A DNA stretch of 64,000 bases from Ylistrum balloti. Taxonomy: Eukaryota. Below, one piece after another: positions 54,576 through 64,000 of the stretch. Made by a program: the position numbers and the translations under genes. Location of the stretch: positions 744,001 through 808,000 of the forward strand of contig NW_026782009.1 in NCBI RefSeq assembly GCF_031769215.1, given 5' to 3'. Position 1 is the stretch's first letter. The number at the start of each line of letters is the position of its first letter. The notes under the pieces are model-generated. The model was given only the letters and a program-made list of their open reading frames with translations, searched no databases and was not told where the DNA came from.

Positions 54576-54947
54576 GGAAGAACATTAACTAGGAAGGTTG
54601 AAGATAACTGTTGAGTCGGATATTAGTTGAGTAGGAATTAAGGTAAAAGTAAACTTGATTTTAGTTTTAATGTCATGGAAAAGAGTAAATTATAGGCAGT
54701 TTTATTTGAACATCTCGATGTTAAAACCCTATATTTATCTCTATCATATCAAAAATTATCATACCTGATGCTGATCTGATTTGGTATTTCATCAGATTCA
54801 TTGTGTTTGACACTAAAGTATGTTCTTTCTGTTGACTTGAAGGTCAAATAAACATGACTGAACTGGTTACATTACATTAAAGCTTTTAAATTGTTGATAA
54901 AGAATCAGGGTAGCATCTATATCACCACATTGTCTTAGGACATTGTC

Positions 54948-55222
54948 TGTAGTGTCACACTGTCCAGTACAACCATATTGCCTCACTGGACAGTAAATAT
55001 ACACGGGACATATGTAGTGTCACACTGTCCAGTACAACCATATTGCCTCACTGGACAGTAAATATACACGGATCATATGTAGTGTCACACTGTCCAGTAC
55101 AACCATATTGCCTCACTGGACAGTAAATATACACGGAACATATGTAGTGTCACACTGTCCAGTACAACCATATTGCCTCACTGGACAGTAAATATACACG
55201 GGTCATATGTAGTGTCACACTA
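54948..55222. repeat. 65-bp minisatellite, 4.2 units, each with a 10-bp inverted repeat
   Basis: Units at 54948, 55013, 55078, 55143 and 55208; stem actgtccagt/actggacagt. Confidence 0.95.
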
Positions 55223-56653
55223 TACAGTGTTAGTATATTGTCTTACTGTCCTGAACAATATCTTTAATGCCTCATTGTCCCAGACAACATCCTTAGTGTT
55301 TCATTGTCCAGTACATCTGTAGTACTTTTCTATCAGTACAACATCAGTAGTGACTTGCTGTCTTTTACAACATCAGAAATATTTCGCTGTTCCTTACAAC
55401 TATAGTGTCTCATGCTTCAGTACAGTTTCTATAACACTTGCTATTTAGTACAACATCACTACATCTTTAGTTAATTCTGTTTACATTATTGAAGTTATCT
55501 CATTGGTCAAATTCAAATTAACTTTGCATTACCATGTAATTAGGCTTTTACATCTCCTCAATACATTTGTAAATACAACAATTTCAAAAATGTTGTGAAT
55601 TGAAAGGGAAACAACTCTTGTGTGCCTATGGTATTTCTGAGTTATTATAACATTTTCAATGACGATGTACTGTGGCTACAATAGGTCCTGGTAATGTTTT
55701 TTTTACTTCTCAAATTGAATGCATTTTAATAAGGAGAGAATAAGGAACCAGAAAAAAGATTTGAGAACAAATACATTGGTATCATGTAGATAATTGTATT
55801 CATTGTCAATTTTCCCAGTTGGTGTTTGTGATGAAGTTATCTGTCGCCACAGCATTCAGATTGGAAATATTGTAATTCATATCCTTTATTGCTGGTCTTC
55901 AAAAAGGAAAACACTTAGAAATGATTTTAATATTTTTCCTTTCAATCATTCGAGTCCCTTGACCCATGTGATACAAGTTTCGTAGAATCTCTGTCGCCAG
56001 ACCGGTTTTAGAAATGAGACACTACCTAGATAGCATTATGGAAGTTTCCAGTTGCAGTGTTTAGCACAATGTACAACTGATACTGTCCAATCGTGTCCCT
56101 AACGATCACTTCCCCAACCATCTCCCCTACATTATTCAGTGGTTGAGGTGTGGAAAAGGTGTTGAATGGTTTGTCAATAGGTTGAACCATTCACCGACCT
56201 TTGGGCATCCATTACTATCATTAGCTTCAATTTTGTCTATTATGTTTGAATTCTGGCGGCTCTTGCGCTCCATTTAGTTCCTACAAGGTCCTGTTATACT
56301 TTTGAATTAAATCAATTCTATAGACTCATACAGGCAATGTCATTGTGATGTAGACAAAATGCTGAACTCCATGAGTACACAAGTTTATAGGTGTCAAACC
56401 ATCTGGTTCAAATCCAGTGTAAGCATCAACAACAAGGGAGGTCACATACAAATACACTGTTGTTAATGACTTCTGTATTTGTCCTGGAACATAAAATAAA
56501 CTTTTTGTATTATGTGTACTTACAGAACATTAAAAGCTAATACAGAGGATGTGTACAACTGTATAGAGAGACTTCTCCGCATTATAAATTTTTGCCGATT
56601 TTGCCCTTAAGCTGGCAGATAGAACGTAAATAAAAAGTAGGGTTAAGTTTGTT

Positions 56654-58279
56654 GATGACTCTCCATACTATAAAGTCAGGTCTGATGTCAATGATGATGA
56701 CTCTCCATACTATAAAGTCAGGTCTGATGTCAATGATGATGACTCTCCATACTATAAAGTCAGGTCTGATGTCAATGATGATGACCCTCCATACTATAAA
56801 GTCAGGTCTGATGACAATGATGATGACTCTCCATACTATAAAGTCAGGTCTGATGTCAATGATGATGACTCTCCATACTTTAAAGTCAGGTCTGATGTCA
56901 ATGATGATGACTCTCCATACTATACAGTCAGGTCTGGTGTCAAGGATGATGACTCTCCATACTATACAGTCAGGTCTGATGTCAATGATGATGACTCTCC
57001 ATACTATACAGTCAGGTCTGGTGTCAAGGATGATGACTCTCCATACTATGCAGTCTGATGTCAATGATGATGACTCTCCATACTATACAGTCAGGTCTGA
57101 TGTCAATGATGATGACTCTCCATACTATACAGTCAGGTCTGATGTCAATGATGATGACTCTTTATACTATACAGTCTGACATCAATGATGATGACTCTCC
57201 ATACTATACAGTCAGGTCTGATGTCAATGATGATGACTCTCTATACTATACAGTCTGACATCAATGATGATGACTCTCCATACTATACAGTCTGACGTCA
57301 ATGATGATGACTCTCCATACTATACAGTCAGGTCTGATGTCAATGATGATGACTCTCCATACTATACAGTCAGGTCTGATGTCAATGATGATGACTCTCC
57401 ATACTACACAGTCTGATGTCAATGATGATGACTCTACTATATGTCAATGATGATGCATGACTCTCCATACTATACAGTCAGGTCTGATGTCAATGATGAT
57501 GACTCTCCATACTATACTGTCAGGTCTGATGTCAATGATGATGACTCTCCATACTATACAGTCTGATGTCAATGATGATGACTCTCCATACTATACTCTC
57601 CATACTATACAGTCTGACGTCAATGATGATGACTCTCCATACTATACAGTCTGATGTCAATGATGACTCTCCATACTATACAGTCAGGTCTGATGTCAAT
57701 GATGATGACTCTCCATACTATACAGTCAGGTCTGATGTCAATGATGATGACTCTCCATACTATACAGTCAGGTCTGATGTCAATGATGATGACTCTCCAT
57801 ACTATACAGTCAGGTCTGACGTCAATGATGACTCTCCATACTATACAGTCTGATGTCAATGATGATGACTCTCCATACTATACAGTCAGGTCTGATGTCA
57901 ATGATGATGACTCTCCATACTATACAGTCTGATGTCAATGATGATGACTCTCCATACTATACAGTCAGGTCTGACGTCAATGATGATGTCTCTCCATACT
58001 ATACAGTCTGATGTCAATGATGACTCTCCATACTATACAGTCAGGTCTGATGTCAATGATGATGACTCTCCATACTATACAGTCAGGTCTGATGTCAATG
58101 ATGATGACTCTCCATACTATACAGTCAGGTCTGATGTCAATGATGATGACTCTCCATACTATACAGTCAGGTCTGATGTCAATGATGATGACTCTCCATA
58201 CTATACAGTCAGGTCTGACGTCAATGATGACTCTCCATACTATACAGTCTGATGTCAATGATGACTCTCCATACTATAC
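56654..58279. repeat. 42-bp minisatellite (~40 units) with recurrent 5-bp and 3-bp deletion variants
   Basis: gatgactctccatactatacagtcaggtctgatgtcaatgat. Confidence 0.95.
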
Positions 58280-58856
58280 TGTAGCAATGGAAATTTTTGC
58301 AAAGGGCTAGTTTCACTGCTTTTTTATGGGGAAACTCTACATGTTTGGGTTATTTTTGTGATGTAAAAAGGTTCATGTAATTAGCGAAAATTTCCAAAAA
58401 ATCAGTAAGGGTTGTCTTCCCTGATCCTAAATAGCTTAATAGCAGCAATATCTTTGAAAGCATCTATCTATACTGAAACCCTTGTATGCAAACTGGGTCT
58501 TTTGTTTACACAAAAAGATGTCCAAAAATAAGTCTTCCATTGAAAACTCATTCTCTTCAGCTGTTATCAGTGTTTTCGGCACTTATTAATTTATAGTGTT
58601 TGGTGCAGTCTTGTATATGTCTTCTATTGTGTAATAATAATCTTAGACTTGAAGCAAAACTTTGTAACTGATTGTTTATTTTATTTTGCTGTAATATATT
58701 ACAACGAAGTGTTTTAGTAATACATAGAATAAAACCAGGTGTCACTAGCCAATTTTCGCTTTATTTCGTCTACAAAATTTAAGCACATTACAAAATATTA
58801 CATGTGCTTGAAATTTTCTTGATCTAACAAACTTCATGTTATTAGTGTAAAATTCA

Positions 58857-61700
58857 GTGACATGATATCCCTGTCAATGTCATGCTTGATGTCAGTGACA
58901 TGATATCCCTGTCAATGTCATGCTTAATATCAGTGACATGATATCCCTGTCAATGTCATGCTTAATATCAGTGACATGATATCCCTGTCAATGTCATGCT
59001 TGATGTCATTGACATGATATCCCTGTCAATGTCATGCTTGATGTCATTGACATGATATCCCTGGTAATGTCATGCTTGATGTCATTGACATGATATCCCT
59101 GTCAATGTCATGCTTGATGTCATTGACATGATATCCCTGTCAATGTCGTGCTTGATGTCAGTCACATGATATCCCTGTCAATGTCATGCTTGATGTCATG
59201 ATGTCAGCATGATATCCCTGTCAATGTCGTGCTTAATATCAGTGACATGATATCCTATCAATGTCATGCTTGATATCAGTGACATGATATCCCTATGATT
59301 GTCATGCTTGATGTCAGTGACATAATATCCCCATCAATATCATGCCTGATGTCAGTTACATGATATCCCTGTCAATGTCATGCTTGATGTCATTGACATG
59401 ATATCCCTGTCAATGTCATGCTTGATGTTATTGAAATGATATCCCTGTTAATGTCATGCATGATGTCTTTGACATGATATCCCTGTTAATGTCATGCTTG
59501 ATGTCATTGACATGATATCCCTGTCAATGTCGTGCTTGATGTCTTTGACATGATATCCCTGTCAATGTCATGCTTGATGTCAGTGACATGATATCCCTGT
59601 CAATGTCATGCTTGATGTCATTGACATGATATCCCTGGTAATGTCATGCTTGATGTCTTTGACATGATATCCCTGTCAATGTCATGCTTGATGTCAGTGA
59701 CAAAGTATCCTTGTTAATGTCATGCTTGATGTCATTGACATGATATCCCTGGTAATGTCATGCTTGATGTCTTTGACATGATATCCCTGTCAATGTTATG
59801 CTTGATGTCAGTGACAAAGTATCCTTGTTAATGTCATGCTTGATGTCATTGACATGATATCCCTGGTAATGTCATGCTTGATGTCTTTGACATGATATCC
59901 CTGTCAATGTCATGCTTGATGTCAGTGACAAAGTATCCCTGTCAATGTCATGCTTGATTTCAGTCACATGATATCCCTGTCAATGTCATGCTTGATGTCA
60001 TTGACATGATATCCCTGTCAATGTTATGCTTAATATCAGTGACATGATATCCTATCAATGTCATGCTTGATATCAGTGACATGATATCCCTATGATTGTC
60101 ATGCTTGATGTCAGTGACATAATATCCCCATCAATATCATGCTTGATGTCAGTTACATGATATCCCTGTCAATGTCATGCTTGATGTCATTGACATGATA
60201 TCCCTGTCAATGTCATGCTTGATGTCATTGACATGATATCCCTGGTAATGTCATGCTTGATATCAGTGACATGATATCCCTATGATTGTCATGCTTGATG
60301 TCAGTGACATAATATCCCCATCAATATCATGCTTGATGTCAGTTACATGATATCCCTGTCAATGTCATGCTTGATGTCATTGACATGATATCCCTGTCAA
60401 TGTCATGCTTGATGTCATTGACATGATATCCCTGGTAATGTCATGCTTGATGTCTTTGACATGATATCCCTGTCAATGTCATGCTTGATGTCTTTGACAT
60501 GATATCCCTGTCAATGTCATGCTTGATGTCAGTGACATGATATCCCTGTCAATGTCATGCTTGATGTCATTGACATGATATCCCTGGTAATGTCATGCTT
60601 GATGTCAGTCACATGATATCCCTGTCAATGTCGTGCTTAATATCAGTGACATGATATCCTATCAATGTCATGCTTGATATCAGTGACATGATATCCCTAT
60701 GATTGTCATGCTTGATGTCAGTAACATAATATCCCCATCAATATCATGCCTGATGTCAGTTACATGATATCCCTGTCAATGTCATGCTTGATGTCAGTCA
60801 CATGATATCCCTGTCAATGTCATGCTTGATGTCATTGACATGATATCCCCGGTAATGTCATGCTTGATGTCTTTGACATGATATCCCTGTCAATGTCATG
60901 CTTGATGTCATTGACATGATATCCCTGTCAATGTCATGCTTGATGTCATTGACATGATATCCCTGGTAATGTCATGCTTGATGTCTTTGACATGATATCC
61001 CTGTCAATGTCATGCTTGATGTCAGTGACATGATATCCCTGTCAATGTCATGCTTGATGTCATTGACATGATATCCCTGGTAATGTCATGCTTGATGTCT
61101 TTGACATGATATCCCTGTCAATGTCATGCTTGATGTCAGTGACAAAGTATCCTTGTTAATGTCATGCTTGATGTCATTGACATGATATCCCTGGTAATGT
61201 CATGCTTGATGTCTTTGACATGATATCCCTGTCAATGTTATGCTTGATGTCAGTGACAAAGTATCCTTGTTAATGTCATGCTTGATGTCATTGACATGAT
61301 ATCCCTGGTAATGTCATGCTTGATGTCTTTGACATGATATCCCTGTCAATGTCATGCTTGATGTCAGTGACATGATATCCCTATCAATTCATGCTTGGTG
61401 TCAGTGACATGATATCCCTGTCAATGTCATGCTTGATGTTAGTGACATGATATCCCTGTCAATGTCATGCTTGATGTCAGTGACATGTCATGCTTGATGT
61501 CAGTGACATGATATCCCTGTCAATGTCATGCTTGATGTCAGTGACATGATATCCCTGTCAATGTCATGCTTGATGTCAGTGACATGATATCCCTGTCAAT
61601 GCCATGCTTGATGTCATTGACATGATATCCCTGGTAATGTCATGCTTGATGTCAGTCACATGATATCCCTGTTAATGTCATAATTGATGTTGTTGATATC
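58857..61700. repeat. 38-bp satellite/minisatellite (~75 units) with higher-order structure
   Basis: gacatgatatccctgtcaatgtcatgcttgatgtcatt; period 38 (58861 to 58899). Confidence 0.95.
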
Positions 61701-63724
61701 CCTGGAACAGACTGCAGTGAACTACTGAATTGTAAATGTCAGTGGGGCACATCTCTGCTGTTGGACAGCTGAAGGTCACTTGACCCATTTTTCAAATCCA
61801 CAAAAAAAACAGCAGCAAAAGCAAGACAGCAATTACACTAGAAATTTTAACACAGAAAAGTCCCATGCACAAGAATTTTACACATTTTTCTTTAGTTTTG
61901 ATTTTTTTTTAACTGAAAAAATCATGTTAAATTAATCAAATTAGAACTTTATCTTGATCAAGTCGCTCCATTCATAAAAGAGTCCAAGTATTCTTTGTAT
62001 TTTAAACTGTTTTTATAACATCATAAATAACCAGATTAAATAGTGTGGGCTGATATCATGGGTATTTTTGGGGGCCCAGGTGTTCGTGTGCAGGGCTTTG
62101 CTTCACAGCTATTGTTAGTGTGAGATAGAAATGGCCACGATTTGCATGCAAACAGGTGCACAGGCATTCAACCTTTAATTACATGTAATTGTTTACTTGC
62201 TCGATTAAGTATTAATTGGGATGCTGTATTTAAATAAGTAATGATATATCACTCTATAGAGAACCTCCTACACCAAATGTCTAGTGTCATGTTGGTGCAC
62301 ATTTCAGCGGGAGGGGACCCAGTGCAATCCTAAAGCCTATATCACCACTGTTGACTGACAAACCTCGTTTCTGATGTTAAAATCCCAAAAACTGCTTTTA
62401 GGGGTTAAAATGATTCATTCTCTGCACATTTTTTATCTACAATTTATGCAGATGTTTACCTTCAGGAACAGAATACCTTGTAGACTACGGATCCAAAGTT
62501 AGAAAACCATTGACCTAACTAGCTGAACAATTTTCACAATTTGAAAGTGCTTAAATGAATAAGAGGATGGTGTCATGGATCTAAAATTTCTAAGATGGGT
62601 TGTCTTCTAATATTCCAAATGAAGAATATATTTTTCTGCTGCTGCCTTTCAAACTAGTTCCAAATCCAACATTCCTGCTTTTAAATTAATTAATTAAAAA
62701 GACATTCATTGACAACAGAATTTTAAGTTTGATATTACTTTAGCATTGATGTCTAGTAATAAGAGGGAAATATAACCACACAGATATGCATGTCCCGTAC
62801 TCAATAGAATCTGCCATTACAACTCATTTTAAAACAATGGCTATGTAACGTGTTTTTTTATTGGATAATTTTCATAATCTCATTCCCAATACACACATGA
62901 ATTCTATTGCTAGCCCAAAGATGGGAGGCAATCTTTCCTGTTGAGGCAGATGATCAACATTGACATTAGAGAAATGTTTTAGAATGACATCCTCAAATGT
63001 ATCATAGAAATTTGAAGTGGAAAGTATGGTAATAAAAATCTTTGTGACAAATTTTTAATTAACTTTTTGCTTTATTCAAGTTTGTCAATAATGTCAGAAT
63101 GTAGATAAAGATGATAACCCTTACAGTCAGATGATGTTCTCAATCCAGGGATCGTCTTCAATTATAATATCATATTTAAATATAAAAAATGTCATATGGT
63201 ATTGTCTCCTACCTTTACGGGATAGTTCTATACAGAATGATGCCTTATTTCAAAGTAACGTACTGACAACATGAATGAGTCTCCCCTCATGATCTCTTGT
63301 TGATACATTTCCACGACGGCCATTGTTTTATTGGTCTTCTTCAGTGATTAAATGCTTTAACTATTCAGGGAAAGACATAACCAAATTCTGGTATGTTCAC
63401 TAGGAATCAAGTAAACAACGATATAGACAGATAATCCATGCAGGAAAACATTTTAAGCATTTCATATGCCTCGACCTGCATCCTAAATCTGAATCTATCG
63501 ACAACAATCAGAAAAAGGAGAAACTTCTACATCATCGATGGTTAAAAGGAGCATTTTGATTGGCTAAGAACATGTGATAGACCATTTCAAACAAAATTGT
63601 CCAGGTCTTAGTTTTTGTTTTATCGTTTTGCTATTGCATTAATCACATCACTTTATGACTCAGAGTATTTAAGAATGGGGATAGTAACTGCGTGTTTTTT
63701 TTGCATATTCTGGAGATAAACTCA

Positions 63725-64000
63725 TTATAACATGATACTATCCCCTAAATAATTATAACATGATACTATCCCCTAAATAATTATAACATGATACTATCCC
63801 CTAAATAATTATAACATGATACTATCCCCTAAATAATTATAACATGATACTATCCCCTAAATCATTATAACATGATACTATCCCCTAAATAATTATAACA
63901 TGATACTATCCCCTAAATAAAGGATATAACATGATACTATCCCCTAAATAATTATAACATGATACTATCCCCTAAATAATTATAACATGATACTATCCCC
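63725..64000. repeat. 28-bp minisatellite (~10 units), runs off the right edge
   Basis: ttataacatgatactatcccctaaataa. Confidence 0.95.

Noticed and set aside
52102-54614. 627-aa, 631-aa and other long ORFs
   Set aside because: They are translations of a 51-bp (17-codon) minisatellite, open in several frames and on both strands, with no non-repetitive domain.
54948-55222. Hairpin direct repeats as a CRISPR array (also 31741-31983)
   Set aside because: No unique spacers, no cas genes, and the context is eukaryotic intron-rich DNA.
55800-56300. Coding-looking minus-strand stretch (MERKSRQNSN..., MVQPIDKPF...)
   Set aside because: Only short ORFs of 45-55 aa in shifting frames, and no family recognised. 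It could be a decayed TE or pseudogene, but I cannot support that.
56582-58310. Met-rich and Asp-rich repeat ORFs
   Set aside because: The 42-bp in-frame minisatellite is broken repeatedly by 5-bp deletions.
62460-62525. Possible minus-strand microexon (donor GAAG|gtaaac near 62460)
   Set aside because: The acceptor is ambiguous and there is no homology or partner exon.

Overview
AT-rich metazoan genomic DNA; the repeat content looks bivalve-mollusc-like (inference). It holds two intron-rich genes arranged head-to-head. (1) A complete SNRNP200/Brr2 U5 snRNP helicase gene on + (45 coding exons, 20570-50765, all GT-AG, 6453 nt, 2150 aa, frame continuous). (2) The 5' part of a cytosolic purine 5'-nucleotidase NT5C2 (cN-II) gene on - (six coding exons, 7848 down to 3751), which the ORF track misses and which continues off the left edge. 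About 14 kb (~22%) of the window is tandem minisatellite, and every long ORF in the track outside real exons is a repeat artefact. The main observation is that, in both genes, at least seven tandem arrays are copies of the adjacent exon-intron junction. They create runs of decoy splice sites that mostly hit an immediate stop codon; one array is in frame and sits inside the Brr2 Walker A motif. Other points of interest: a 16-nt poison-microexon/recursive-splice candidate in NT5C2, a 44-bp array whose unit is acceptor + 13 nt + donor, a Brr2 protein with substitutions at positions I recall as near-invariant (possible relaxed paralog), and a tRNA-containing solo-LTR-like element. All of this was read by eye; nothing was computed or searched.
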